From: a virus
Lineage: Duplodnaviria > Caudoviricetes
IMG/VR virus record: IMGVR_UViG_3300044497_000019
Coordinates: 1 to 60,259 of that record
Direction: 5' to 3' (one strand)
DNA length: 60,259 nucleotides
Shown here: one piece after another, positions 12,939 to 24,646 of the stretch
Layout of the letters: every line of letters starts with the position of its first letter
Position numbering within the stretch: the stretch's first letter is position 1
Position numbers and translations under genes: made by a program
Notes under the pieces: model-generated
Databases searched by the model: none
What the model was told of the DNA's origin: nothing
What the model saw: the letters and a program-made list of their open reading frames with translations, nothing else

Positions 12939-13580
12939 ATGTTTTTCGACAGCGCAAATTGGTACTGGTTCGTCGGCGGTGATGAAACGCGCGCCTACCA
13001 GAGCAGGACCAACACGTACGTGCCTGCCGCCGATCCAGAGTTTGTTGAGTGGCTGGCGGCGGGCGACGTGCACCAGCCAGCGCGCATCGGCACCGAAGCG
13101 GAAATCTGGCCCTACGTGAAGGAGCCGCCGCTGTCGCGACCGTCGTGGTTGTTCAACGGCACGACGTTCGCGCAGCCGACGCCGGATACCTACACCACCG
13201 ATCAACTAATCGGCGCGGCGAAGGAGGAACGGTGGCTCAACGAAACCGGCGGCATCATGGTCAATCTCATTCCGGTCGAGACCGACGACCGCTCCAAGGG
13301 TCTCGTGTCGCAACAGCGACTGGTGGCGTTGAAAGACCCGACGCTGTTTTCCACCACGTGGCAGTCGGTGGACAACACGCTGCATCCGATCACGGGCGAC
13401 CAGATGATAACGCTCGCCGACGCCGTGGCGGCGCACGTCAACCAATGCTACCTCGACTACGCTGCCGCAGTCGCTGCCATCGAAGGCGGCGTGATCCTGA
13501 ACGTCGAAGGCGTGCGGGAAAAGTTGCGCGTGCAGCGCGAAGGCTTCCTCGACCTGACACGCAAGCGTCGCCGACGCTAG
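12939..13580 (+). CDS. Tail fibre assembly / DUF4376-like protein
   Basis: 'RW..ETGGI.V....V.TD.RS', 'AV.AHV..C'; downstream of fibre gene. Confidence 0.6.
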   Translation: MFFDSANWYWFVGGDETRAYQSRTNTYVPAADPEFVEWLAAGDVHQPARIGTEAEIWPYVKEPPLSRPSWLFNGTTFAQPTPDTYTTDQLIGAAKEERWLNETGGIMVNLIPVETDDRSKGLVSQQRLVALKDPTLFSTTWQSVDNTLHPITGDQMITLADAVAAHVNQCYLDYAAAVAAIEGGVILNVEGVREKLRVQREGFLDLTRKRRRR

Positions 13581-13590
13581 GAGAGCCACG

Positions 13591-13934
13591 ATGGCAATCG
13601 TCAACATCACCGTGAGCAACGATGCCGATTTTTATCAGGCGTTCCAGTACATGACGACGCTGGGAGAGCCGGTTGATCTGACGCTCGTGTCCTCGATGTG
13701 GATGATGCTGCGCCGTCACGCGGAGGACGAGGCGGCGGTGCTGCGCATCGACACCGAGACCGGCGGCATCGTTGTGTACGACGCGCCCAACGGAAAGTTT
13801 TCCGTGCGCATCGCGCAGGATGTTTTGGAGCGTCTGGATGTTGGCGACTACGATCATTCGTTGATCGCGGAAATGATGCTGTACAAGCGGTGCATCTGGA
13901 CCGGCATCCTAACAAACAATGCAGGACCATCACG

Positions 13935-13938
<4 letters not shown>
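13591..13938 (+). CDS. Small fibre-adaptor-like virion protein
   Basis: 'PVDLT', 'YDH.L' pattern; coupled to the next fibre gene. Confidence 0.5.
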
Positions 13939-15857
<1,919 letters not shown>

Positions 15858-15871
15858 GGAGCAAACAAAAA

Positions 15872-16144
15872 ATGACCGGCGTTAGCGAAGGTGTCACCAA
15901 GGTTGCGGGAACTGCGGTGGAAGCGATGCGCAGCGTGCCGCTCGCCATCGCGTTGCTGTTGGTGAACGTGGGCTTCCTCGCGTTCGCCGCCTACGTGTTG
16001 GGTCAGGTCGCGGAGAACGCGCAGGAGCGCAATCGCACGCAAAGCGAATTGGTCGGCACGCTGGTCAAACAAATCGCGGAGTGCAGCGCGCGCAATACCA
16101 AACCGCAATCGCTCATGTTCCGCAACATCGGGAGCAAGCCATGA
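15872..16144 (+). CDS. Putative holin
   Basis: 90 aa with one hydrophobic segment; GGGAG RBS; directly upstream of endolysin. Confidence 0.5.
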   Translation: MTGVSEGVTKVAGTAVEAMRSVPLAIALLLVNVGFLAFAAYVLGQVAENAQERNRTQSELVGTLVKQIAECSARNTKPQSLMFRNIGSKP

Positions 16145-16848
16145 CGACCACACAGGTGATCGACCTTTCGCATTGGAACACGGTGCAGAGTTTTGCCAGC
16201 GTCAAAGCCGCTGGCGTCGTCGGCGTGATCCACAAGGCGACGGAAGGCAACTACAACACCGACCCGGAATTCCGTCCGCGCCACGCCGATGCGTGCGAAG
16301 CCGGATTGTTGTTCGGCGCGTACCACTTCGGCACCGGCAATCCGGTCGGCGAACAGGTGAGCAGATTTTGCGGAGAGGTCGGCGACCATCCCGATTTGTT
16401 GCTCGCCCTCGATCTGGAGGACTACAGCAACCCCATGACGCTTTCGCAGGCGCGCGAATTCATCGAAGGCGTCGAGGCGCGCATGGGACGCTCGTGCGTG
16501 CTGTACTCTGGCAACCGGATCAAGGAACTGTTGGGCAGCAAAGTTGATCCGTGGTGGGGCACGCGCCGTCTCTGGCTGGCGCACTACACGACCGGCACGC
16601 CGACGTGCCAAGCGTCGTGGTCCACGTACTGGCTCTGGCAGTTCACCGACACGGGCAAGGTGAGCGGCATGAGCGGTGACACAGACCTGAACCACTTCCA
16701 AGGAACGCACGACGCGTTGCGCGCGGAATGGAGTGGAGGCGGCGACATCATCGAACCGCCGACGATTAAACCGCCGCCTGCGGAATTCGTCACCGTCACA
16801 ATCAAGCTCACGCTGCCGAAGGGCAGCAAAGTGGAGGTCACGTCATGA
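16141..16848 (+). CDS. GH25 muramidase endolysin
   Basis: 'IDLSHWN', 'KATEG', 'GAYHF', 'LDLE', 'LWLAHY', 'WQFT', 'DLN'. Confidence 0.9.
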   Translation: MTTTQVIDLSHWNTVQSFASVKAAGVVGVIHKATEGNYNTDPEFRPRHADACEAGLLFGAYHFGTGNPVGEQVSRFCGEVGDHPDLLLALDLEDYSNPMTLSQAREFIEGVEARMGRSCVLYSGNRIKELLGSKVDPWWGTRRLWLAHYTTGTPTCQASWSTYWLWQFTDTGKVSGMSGDTDLNHFQGTHDALRAEWSGGGDIIEPPTIKPPPAEFVTVTIKLTLPKGSKVEVTS

Positions 16849-17075
16849 GCGGCTTGGCTGGATTGTTGCTTGGCGTGCTCGACATCGCCATCGTTGTTGC
16901 CATCCTGTTGCTGATTGGCGCGATCATCCTGTGGGGATTGAGCTACATCAGCGTGACGGTGCCAGCGCAGGTTCAAAAACTTTTCATCGCGGTGGTCGTG
17001 TTGATCGCGCTGTACATGCTGGTTGCTTTGTTGCTCGGAATGCCAAGCGTCAGCTTCCTCCGTTCCTTTCGATGA
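16845..17075 (+). CDS. Small two-TM membrane protein (lysis-associated?)
   Basis: 76 aa, almost entirely hydrophobic; ATGA overlap with endolysin. Confidence 0.6.
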   Translation: MSGLAGLLLGVLDIAIVVAILLLIGAIILWGLSYISVTVPAQVQKLFIAVVVLIALYMLVALLLGMPSVSFLRSFR

Positions 17076-17159
17076 CCACAAGCGGTCTCGTGTGCTGCCG
17101 CCACCGGGACCGATCCCGCCCGCGCCGCCGCCGATCTGCACGGGGTGCTAGGATGCTCA

Positions 17160-17330
17160 ATGGCTTCCAGCACCCCACGTCCAACATTGCATTGCCGGAT
17201 TTGCCGCGAGCGACCGCGCCAGCGTCCCTACACGACGTGCGCCGCGTGTCACCGCCCGATCCGTGCGGCGGCATCGCGCAAGGCGTGGCGCACGCGCAAG
17301 CGGATGGCGTTGAGCAGATCGGGCAAATAG
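17160..17330 (+). CDS. Possible small Zn-finger protein
   Basis: CxxC-x10-CxxC and basic tail; RBS weak. Confidence 0.3.
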   Translation: MASSTPRPTLHCRICRERPRQRPYTTCAACHRPIRAAASRKAWRTRKRMALSRSGK

Positions 17331-17597
17331 AGCGCCGCCCGATCCGCCCAACCGTTCGTTGATCGCGGAGCGTGGCAACCTAGCTATGCACCCATGCTGG
17401 ATGGCTGCTATGCGCACGACGCTGGGAGCGTCGCTGGCGCGTTCGGGCGGGCTGGGGCGTCCGATGTAGCTGGGATGGGCGGGAAACGCGCCACGGACGC
17501 TCTGGCGGGGCTTGGCGCTATAGCTTCAACGGCACCTGACACCCCGACAGCACGATGGCGACGCCGAGAGCCACGAGCATGATCAGGATCAGCCATT

Positions 17598-17990
17598 TCA
17601 GCGACGGCATCGCCATGATCGCCCTCCCCTCGTGATCACTCGACCCTTGCCCCGGCAGATGTCCCGATGGTTGGCACGTGCACGAGCAACCTGACGGTGG
17701 GCGCGGCGGGCGGCACGGTGGCTGACACGTGCACGAGCGACGCGACGGCGTGGCGGTCGTTCCACGATGTCGTCGTCGGGCAGGCGCATCATCGCGACCG
17801 GCTCCGGTGGCGGCGACGGCGCGACCGGCACCGTGCGCACCACCTTCGGAACGATTTCGATCTGGCGCACGACCGGCGGCGGTTCAACAATCGGCGGCGA
17901 CGACGGTCGCGTGTTGCGGGCGGCGGGCCACATCGCAGCAACGAACATCGCCGCGCCGAACACGCCCGCCGCTGCCAGCCTGCCGATCAT
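17598..17990 (-). CDS. Hypothetical protein with N-terminal membrane anchor
   Basis: Hydrophobic N-terminus, Pro-rich linker, C-terminal 'DIC..GR...SWRC'; coupled start/stop. Confidence 0.6.
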   Translation of the reverse strand: MIGRLAAAGVFGAAMFVAAMWPAARNTRPSSPPIVEPPPVVRQIEIVPKVVRTVPVAPSPPPEPVAMMRLPDDDIVERPPRRRVARARVSHRAARRAHRQVARARANHRDICRGKGRVITRGGRSWRCRR

Positions 17991-18265
17991 TTCAGCTTCA
18001 CTCCGATCACGGTCTTGTCGCCGTCCTCGCCGATTTTTCCAAACACGTACCGACCGCGTTCGTTGCGCGTGCCGACGCGGTGGTATTCCCGCATGAAGTT
18101 TTCCAACAGCAAGGCGTCGTCTGCACTCACCGCCATTTCAACGCCGTTGGCGAAATGAAATTTCACCGTGTCGGCTGGGAACGGCGGCGAGCGCAGTATC
18201 CGCACCTTGATTGGTTCCGGCACCGCGTGCAGGCGCTTGCGTTCGCCGTCGTCAACATTTTTCAT
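17987..18265 (-). CDS. Hypothetical protein (paralog of 18262-18528)
   Basis: Coupled ORF; shares 'GER.R..AVPEPI.VR'. Confidence 0.65.
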   Translation of the reverse strand: MKNVDDGERKRLHAVPEPIKVRILRSPPFPADTVKFHFANGVEMAVSADDALLLENFMREYHRVGTRNERGRYVFGKIGEDGDKTVIGVKLK

Positions 18266-18528
18266 TTCAGCGGCACCGCCGAAATCGTAATCGTGCCGTC
18301 AGCCCTCCTGCCGGATGTTTGGAGGGCGAGACGCGCGCCGGTCTGGCGGCACGCCAGTAGCATCCTCGCCACAAGCGGGGCTTCCTCTTTGCTCACCACC
18401 AGCAACGGTGCTCCGCTGCTGATTTCAAATCCCACCCCACCGCTTCCGCTGTACGGCGGATAGAACGGTCGCACCGTGATGGGTTCGGGCACGGCGTTGA
18501 TCCGATTGCGTTCGCCATCAATTTTCAT
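18262..18528 (-). CDS. Hypothetical protein (paralog of 17987-18265)
   Basis: Starts MKIDGERNRINAVPEPITVR; 4-nt overlaps on both sides. Confidence 0.65.
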   Translation of the reverse strand: MKIDGERNRINAVPEPITVRPFYPPYSGSGGVGFEISSGAPLLVVSKEEAPLVARMLLACRQTGARLALQTSGRRADGTITISAVPLK

Positions 18529-18764
18529 TGCAGCAATCCTCGATGCTCCGCGACGGAGACGGCGATCTCCATGAAGTAGTCGTGCACGGCATCCGCCGCG
18601 CGCTTCCACGCCAGCGCGACATCTTCCTCCATCGCGTCCAGTGCCTGTTCCGCTGTCGAGCCGCGCGGTCGTCGCTGTTGTGCGAACGCTTCCGCCATGC
18701 GCACGATCAACTCCGCTTCATCCATGATGACAAGGCGAAGCTCTCCGGTGCCTCGATGCATCAT
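18525..18764 (-). CDS. Hypothetical protein
   Basis: Coupled ORF in leftward operon. Confidence 0.6.
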   Translation of the reverse strand: MMHRGTGELRLVIMDEAELIVRMAEAFAQQRRPRGSTAEQALDAMEEDVALAWKRAADAVHDYFMEIAVSVAEHRGLLQ

Positions 18765-19114
18765 CCTATCCTCCGTCGAAAATCCTCACACGCGGCGCGG
18801 ATGTCGCTCGACACGCGCGACGCTTCCTCGATCTGGAGGTGCACGAGCTTACCCTTTTCGCGGATCGCGTCGGCAGCTTCCTTCACCAACTTCATGTCGG
18901 TGTGGCATTCGGACAACGCCGCTTCCAGCGTGTCGATCCGCACCTTCACTTCCTCGCCCATGTCGGCGACGGATTTCGCCGCCGCGTCGTACATCGCCAG
19001 CACCGCCTGCGCCGACATCCTGCCGATGTCCGTCACCGCTTGTTGCTGCGCAGGCTGCGCCGCCTGTCGCGCCACTTCATCCAGATCAATCGCCTTCGGT
19101 AGTGCGTCGCTCAT
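18761..19114 (-). CDS. Hypothetical coiled-coil protein
   Basis: AAAGGAA RBS; helical heptad pattern. Confidence 0.65.
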   Translation of the reverse strand: MSDALPKAIDLDEVARQAAQPAQQQAVTDIGRMSAQAVLAMYDAAAKSVADMGEEVKVRIDTLEAALSECHTDMKLVKEAADAIREKGKLVHLQIEEASRVSSDIRAACEDFRRRIG

Positions 19115-19404
19115 GTTGGCAGTTCCTTTTCCATTGGGCCAAGTCCAGCGTCGTCAATGACGCGGATGTTTAGGTAGCGGTAAATCTCTTGGAGGCAGTA
19201 CAATTCCTGTCGCTGCGCCTCGCGGTCGAAAGATTGCGCGTACGACAACAGATGGAAGGACCGACCGCGCTTCACGAATTTCAGACCGCTACGCGGCACC
19301 GTCCACGTGCCGCCTTCACGCAAGGCGTTGTAAATCCGTTCGCTGTCGCGCACGATCCGCGACCATGCGATTGCCTCCACGGAGCGACCGCCGTCGTCGA
19401 TCAC
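19111..19404 (-). CDS. Hypothetical protein
   Basis: Coupled ORF. Confidence 0.55.
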   Translation of the reverse strand: MIDDGGRSVEAIAWSRIVRDSERIYNALREGGTWTVPRSGLKFVKRGRSFHLLSYAQSFDREAQRQELYCLQEIYRYLNIRVIDDAGLGPMEKELPT

Positions 19405-20399
19405 AGCACGTATTCCTTTTCCACGGTGCCGTGCTCCGCGCTCCCACGAGCGAACGGATGCCAGAAAAAAATGCCGGTCCTGCGCACCTTCCAGTGACCG
19501 CGCACGAGGTGCATCCGCATCGCGGAATGCGAGCCGTTTGTTTGTTTGTTCGCTGCCGCCACGCGTGCACTCAATTTCGGATGGATGCGCAGGCGGTGGT
19601 GCGAGAAAAGCGGAAGTTGTTTTTGCTTGGCGCGCTTTTTGTTGTGTTCGGTCTTGTCAACCAACACGGTGTCGGATGCGTTGCGCGTGTTCATCAAGCC
19701 GATGGTCGCCAAGATGTACGCCACCTCGCCAGCCCAATCGGCGCGCGCCAACTGGAACAGCGCGTGATAAAATTTCTCGATCTGCGGCGGCGTGAACCAC
19801 ATTGGCGGAACCGGCGCACCGAAATCGGTCAGCGCCTGCGCGGTGTGGTTCATCATCGCGAGCTTCACGCTGTCGTCGGCTTTGGTCCAGCCGGGATGCG
19901 GTGCGGCGACACGCACGATCCGCTGGTCGTAGCTGCGATCAATCTCCGCTTGGTCTGGCAGCGTTGTTTGATTGCTCAATGGGAACGCCATGTCCACATC
20001 CATCGCGATGCTCGCGGTGCTGCGCCCTTCCTTGATGTCCGGTCCCTTCAAGGACCAGAACAGATGCGTGCGCCATGCGCTCAAATCGGCGCGCGTTGCA
20101 GAGCAGAGAAATCCGACGCGCGTCGGCGAGCGTTGGAAACCGGGCGCGTGAATGCCAGCGGAGAGGAAGCGCGGTCGGTCGTGCTGGCAAACCTCGATCC
20201 ATGTTTCCTTGAACGGCAGGCGACAGAATGGGAACGCGCGCACCAAGCCAGAGTAGCTGGCGGATAGTTCCTCTGCGGCGGCAGCAAATTCAGGTTCGAT
20301 CAAAAACTTTGCAGCGCCCTTGAGGCGATCCTTGATCGGGGTGATGTCCATGCCGCTCATGTCGCATCCGTGCTGCACCAATTCGTCCGCGAGCAACAT
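19401..20399 (-). CDS. Hypothetical phage protein with C-terminal HxVRGHW motif
   Basis: 'RLPF..TW.E', 'HLVRGHWK'; paralog of 36836-37960. Confidence 0.7.
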   Translation of the reverse strand: MLLADELVQHGCDMSGMDITPIKDRLKGAAKFLIEPEFAAAAEELSASYSGLVRAFPFCRLPFKETWIEVCQHDRPRFLSAGIHAPGFQRSPTRVGFLCSATRADLSAWRTHLFWSLKGPDIKEGRSTASIAMDVDMAFPLSNQTTLPDQAEIDRSYDQRIVRVAAPHPGWTKADDSVKLAMMNHTAQALTDFGAPVPPMWFTPPQIEKFYHALFQLARADWAGEVAYILATIGLMNTRNASDTVLVDKTEHNKKRAKQKQLPLFSHHRLRIHPKLSARVAAANKQTNGSHSAMRMHLVRGHWKVRRTGIFFWHPFARGSAEHGTVEKEYVL

Positions 20400-20716
20400 C
20401 AACCCTTCTCCGTGCAGAATGTCGTGTAGTACGCCAGCGCCAGCGCGACTGGATCGGTGACGCCCTGTCGCATCCACCAATCGCGTTCGCCGTGCGCGTG
20501 CTGATCCCGATGGCAGAGCCAGTGCAGCGGCAGCGCGAACCTGTCGTCGGGTTTCCTGCCGGTGCCTGCTTCCGTTTTGTTGTTCGCGTGATCAGCCATC
20601 CGCACGTGCGCGGCTTCACACGGTGGCCCTCGCAGGCATCCGCACGCGCAACGTTGCGTGCGGAGCCATGCGAGGTAGCGCGCGTCACTCTGCCGTGGCT
20701 GGCGCTGCCGCAGCAT
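20399..20716 (-). CDS. DUF968/HNH-like Zn-binding protein
   Basis: 'YLAWLR...C.CG...EAAHVR...K.DD..ALPL...CH..QH'. Confidence 0.7.
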   Translation of the reverse strand: MLRQRQPRQSDARYLAWLRTQRCACGCLRGPPCEAAHVRMADHANNKTEAGTGRKPDDRFALPLHWLCHRDQHAHGERDWWMRQGVTDPVALALAYYTTFCTEKG

Positions 20717-21711
20717 TACTTGCCCTTGCCTTTCGCGCGCGGCTTGCGGTCGGGCGGGAAGATGTCAGCTTCGCTTTGCGCTTGTACTTTCGGCGCGGCT
20801 TCGCTCCCGACGCCAGCATCCGGCGCGCTGCTCGCATCCGTTTGATCACCGCGTCCACTTCCTGCGCGGTCGTCATCAACGCTTGCAGCGTCAGCGTCAT
20901 CACGCTGTCCACCGCCTCCAGTTTCAGGATCAATCCGTTCGGTAGTTCCGTCATTATCAACCGCCTCCTGCGGTTCGTTTTCGATCACCGACGCCGCGTG
21001 ACCGGCGGTGAAGCCTTGTTGATCGCCATCACGCTTGGCGTCTTTCAGTCGCTGCGAGAATGCCGCGACCGCCGATGTTGGCGGCGTGACATCGCGCGGC
21101 TCGTTGTCGAATTCATCCGGCGTGTAGATGCCAAGGATGGTTTCGGAAGCAAACAACCGCGCCCACTGTCGCACGCCAGAATATGCAAGCTGCACTTCCG
21201 GCTGGGTGTCCCACAGCGGCGATCCTTTGAGGCTGCCGTATTCATTGCGACCGCGCGCATCGCGCAGCTTGCCCAGCGTTTCGCTGGTGTACACGTGCGG
21301 TTCCGTTTCGTTCCGAAATGTGCCCCACACCTTGCATCGGCGTTCGTCACCCTCGCCGACGATTTCGTACCGCAGGCGATTTTTCAGCGGGGCGAGTGCG
21401 GTGATGATGGCGTGCACCAACTGTGCCTCGTAGCCAACACGCTCCTCGCCTTTGTTGCTCACCATGTAGGTCTTTTCGGCGAAGGCATAAGGGTCGATGC
21501 CGAGACGCCACGCCTTTTGACAGATGCCAAGACAGGCACCGACGTTGCCGCGCAAATACTTTGGCAGGAGGATGCCAGCCATCGCCATCAACTTCGCGTA
21601 CTCGACCGCCTCGCCAAAATTTGCTGGCGCGAACCGACCGGCACCATCAATCGGCATCGGTGAAGCAATGGCGCGATCAACGCGCTTTTCAATTTCCGAA
21701 ACGTCCATCAC
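20716..21711 (-). CDS. recT: RecT-like single-strand annealing recombinase
   Basis: 'P.YLRGN.G.C', 'GYEAQL..A', 'SPLW...P..QL.Y...R.WAR...E..LGIYTPDE'; near RecE-like gene. Confidence 0.8.
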   Translation of the reverse strand: MMDVSEIEKRVDRAIASPMPIDGAGRFAPANFGEAVEYAKLMAMAGILLPKYLRGNVGACLGICQKAWRLGIDPYAFAEKTYMVSNKGEERVGYEAQLVHAIITALAPLKNRLRYEIVGEGDERRCKVWGTFRNETEPHVYTSETLGKLRDARGRNEYGSLKGSPLWDTQPEVQLAYSGVRQWARLFASETILGIYTPDEFDNEPRDVTPPTSAVAAFSQRLKDAKRDGDQQGFTAGHAASVIENEPQEAVDNDGTTERIDPETGGGGQRDDADAASVDDDRAGSGRGDQTDASSAPDAGVGSEAAPKVQAQSEADIFPPDRKPRAKGKGK

Positions 21712-22091
21712 GCGGTTTCCTTCGCTGCCAGTCGGGTTGCGTGGTGGAGGATCAGTCGTTGATCCTCCGTCGTCAGTCGAGCGAACACGCTGGCTAGTGT
21801 CAGCCCTTCCTTGGTGGAAAGTAGGTTGTTGATTTCAGGATCAACGCGACCACGGATGTCAGTCGATGGGAAAAAATATGCGAACGGTCGATTGAGTGCG
21901 GTCATCAACAATTCGATCCGACCGCTGTTCAACCGGGTCTCGCCGGTCTCATATTTTTGCACCGCCTGAAACGAGACGCCCAGCAATTCGCCAAGCGCAC
22001 GTTGCGACAGCCCGTTGGAGAGGCGCGCTTCGCGGATGCGCTCGCCCATGTAGCGTTCGCGATCCGTTACCGTCCGTGGTTTCTGCGCCAT
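21708..22091 (-). CDS. XRE-family HTH transcriptional regulator
   Basis: 'GERIREAR...GLSQ..LG..LGVSFQAVQKYE.G'. Confidence 0.9.
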   Translation of the reverse strand: MAQKPRTVTDRERYMGERIREARLSNGLSQRALGELLGVSFQAVQKYETGETRLNSGRIELLMTALNRPFAYFFPSTDIRGRVDPEINNLLSTKEGLTLASVFARLTTEDQRLILHHATRLAAKETA

Positions 22092-22101
22092 CCATCACCT
22101 C

Positions 22102-22611
22102 CTACAATGGTCGTTGTCTCATGCCGGGAACGTTACGATTTGGTGCATACTGCACGTCACGGGACTGCCAGCCGACCGGCACCACCATGTGGGGGTGCAC
22201 GACGCGCAACACCCACAGGTGCCACTTGTTGCTCGTGTCCACGAGGCGGCTTTCGCCGGGGAATTGTTGAACCGCTTCCGCTTCCGGTCCCGCTATTTCG
22301 TTTTTGATCTGTTGGAAGTGTCGGAAATCCCAGATCATGCCGCCGTCGCGACGACGGATGCAAATTTGCATACAGAAAAATTTGTTGTCCTCGATGGGAT
22401 TGGCGCTGCATTGGTACAGGTCGTTGACGTAGTAGGTGCAGCGCGCGTGTTCCTTCGCCAGCATCGCGCGCGCCGTGTCCTCGTCTATGCCGTAGTGGTT
22501 CATCGCGTCCTGCAAAACCTCGCGCCGCATCGGGGCGAAATCGTTGGTCGTGATCTGGAGCAACGGCTTCCAGTGGCGCGGCACGTCAGCCGGTTTGTTG
22601 TTCGTCGTCAT
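22102..22611 (-). CDS. Conserved hypothetical phage protein
   Basis: 'Q.IKNE..G.E.EAV..FP.ESRLVD..N..HLW'; GAAAGGA RBS. Confidence 0.65.
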   Translation of the reverse strand: MTTNNKPADVPRHWKPLLQITTNDFAPMRREVLQDAMNHYGIDEDTARAMLAKEHARCTYYVNDLYQCSANPIEDNKFFCMQICIRRRDGGMIWDFRHFQQIKNEIAGPEAEAVQQFPGESRLVDTSNKWHLWVLRVVHPHMVVPVGWQSRDVQYAPNRNVPGMRQRPL

Positions 22612-22876
22612 CGTCGGTTCCTTTCATGCTGGAGTGGAAGAAGGTCACGAACGCCGCCGCCAGTTCGGCGCGCTCCGGTTCGCTCTCTGGCAATGCGTCG
22701 GCGGCAACCTCTGCCAGAGCCGTGAAGTAGGAGAGCATCGGAACGCCGCCGATGATGTCCACGCCCGCGTTCATGATGGATTGGATCAGGTCAACCAACT
22801 TGCGATGCACCGCCAGCGCGTAGTCGCGCTGTTCGTCGTCGGTCATTTTTTCGTACACGGGTTCGTTGTCGATCAC
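22586..22876 (-). CDS. Hypothetical protein
   Basis: Coupled ORF. Confidence 0.55.
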   Translation of the reverse strand: MIDNEPVYEKMTDDEQRDYALAVHRKLVDLIQSIMNAGVDIIGGVPMLSYFTALAEVAADALPESEPERAELAAAFVTFFHSSMKGTDDDDEQQTG

Positions 22877-23808
22877 GCCAGACCCTCCCGCTTCAACCGT
22901 TCGTCAATGCGTGCACGCGCATCGGTGCCGATGGGCAGCGGACGTAGATCGCCTTCGCCGGGACCGGGCCAATGCTTGGCGTTGATCGCCGTCGCGATCT
23001 TGCGCAACGACCAGCGGTTCTGTTGACGACCGCGCCCGATGTCGTCGTCATCCGCTGGCACCATGCGTGCGCAGTACGGCGGCGCGGTCTCGACAAACGC
23101 CATCACGAAAGATTTGAAAGGATGACCGAGAGCCTCGCACGCTTCCCACACGAGCGCGCCTTGTTGATGGTAGCCGTAGGCGTGCATGGAATATTGCAGC
23201 GCGGGCGTCGTGACATCGCTGGCGGTTTTCAGATCAACAAAATCGCCATCGGTAGGTGGGATCACGTCGGGACGCACCTTGATCCACAATCCGGTTTCCT
23301 TGTCGCGGAAAAATCCAGACACCTCGACGTAACCGCGCAAGGCACCGGCACCTATGAGTGGTTCCAGCGCAAGCGACCGTGACATGGCGATGATCACTTC
23401 CAGTTCCGTCATCGTCACCGGCACCTTGCCAGCTTTGATTTGTTGCTCGTTCCATGTCTTGCAGTAACCGGCACCGTTGTGCCAAGGCTTCTCCACCGCC
23501 GTCACCTTGTCGCGATAGGTCTCGGGCTGGCGAACAAATTTCATTCTGAAATTGTCCTCGCCCAGCAACAGGTGATGCGCCGCAGCGCCAAGCGTCATGA
23601 AGCGCGACGGCACACGCTGGATCGCGTCGGGATTTTCCGCCCACGCCGCGTGCATGTGAGCCTCCGACTTGCTCCAGCACGTGCGGAGGTTCGTGCTCGA
23701 CACCGCAGGACCGTCGCAAATTCCTGCACCGTGATATTTTTCAATCGGCACGCCGGAATACCATCCCGGCTTTTTTACTGGACTTCCATTCCACTTCATA
23801 ACTTGCAT
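22873..23808 (-). CDS. RecE-like PD-(D/E)XK exonuclease (DUF3799 type)
   Basis: 'YH....VSST.L', 'G.A.H..LL', 'KVRPD', 'VDLKT', 'YGYHQQ.A'. Confidence 0.85.
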   Translation of the reverse strand: MQVMKWNGSPVKKPGWYSGVPIEKYHGAGICDGPAVSSTNLRTCWSKSEAHMHAAWAENPDAIQRVPSRFMTLGAAAHHLLLGEDNFRMKFVRQPETYRDKVTAVEKPWHNGAGYCKTWNEQQIKAGKVPVTMTELEVIIAMSRSLALEPLIGAGALRGYVEVSGFFRDKETGLWIKVRPDVIPPTDGDFVDLKTASDVTTPALQYSMHAYGYHQQGALVWEACEALGHPFKSFVMAFVETAPPYCARMVPADDDDIGRGRQQNRWSLRKIATAINAKHWPGPGEGDLRPLPIGTDARARIDERLKREGLA

Positions 23809-23811
23809 CGC

Positions 23812-24639
23812 TCAACGTGCCTCCAACAATTTTTCCAGTCGCTCACTGTCCGCGCGCCATTCGGGAGCAAAATTCGCGCGTGCTGCCGGGGCGGCGTTGG
23901 TAAATCCAGTGCGGAACGCCGACCACAGTCGCCGTAGCGCACCCAATCCTGTCGGCGATTTTTCCTCGCCGTTCACCGCGCTGACAGTCTCACCAGCGGC
24001 GGCGCGTTCGATCAACGGCGCGCGATCCTCTGGCGGCATGGCGGCGAGCGCATCCAGTTCTGCGCCCTTGTCGAGCGACGTTCCGGCGACGCGATCCAGA
24101 TCGGCACCGAGACGCTTGGCGCGCGTGGCGTCCTCACGAATGGTCCGTTCCGACTTGCCGGTCTTGGTCGCGGTGTCGCTCACGAAAGACTTGGGTAAGG
24201 TGGCGGATTTCGCCGTCTTACCTCCCTTGCCACCACGCTTCGCGGGAGCGCGACCCTGCTTGGTTTCAGGATGCACCGCCTCGTAGGCAACCTTGCGCCG
24301 CGCTATCAGCTTGGCGCGTTGCGCTGGCGTCAGTTCACGACGCACCAGATTTTCATCAATCTCTGCCAGCACCTGCCAGCGTTCCACCTCTGGACTGTCC
24401 TCGCCCTCCACGATGGCGGCGATGGTTTTGTGTTTGAGGCGCTTGCACGCCTCATAGCGATGAAAGCCAGCGACAATAAAGATGCCGTGGCGCTTGCGCG
24501 CCACGACGATAGGTTCGATCAGCCCAACCTCCTTGATGGATTTCATCAAGGCGATCACATGCTTTTCCACCAACGGCAATCGGTCGCTTGGCGGGCGCAA
24601 GTTGCCGCGAATGGCGATTTCCTCAAAGTGGCGAGCCAT
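23812..24639 (-). CDS. ParB N-terminal domain protein with HTH
   Basis: 'L..SIKEVGLIEPIVV', 'VAGFHRYEA', 'EIDENLVR.EL'. Confidence 0.85.
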   Translation of the reverse strand: MARHFEEIAIRGNLRPPSDRLPLVEKHVIALMKSIKEVGLIEPIVVARKRHGIFIVAGFHRYEACKRLKHKTIAAIVEGEDSPEVERWQVLAEIDENLVRRELTPAQRAKLIARRKVAYEAVHPETKQGRAPAKRGGKGGKTAKSATLPKSFVSDTATKTGKSERTIREDATRAKRLGADLDRVAGTSLDKGAELDALAAMPPEDRAPLIERAAAGETVSAVNGEEKSPTGLGALRRLWSAFRTGFTNAAPAARANFAPEWRADSERLEKLLEAR

Positions 24640-24646
24640 TTTTGTT

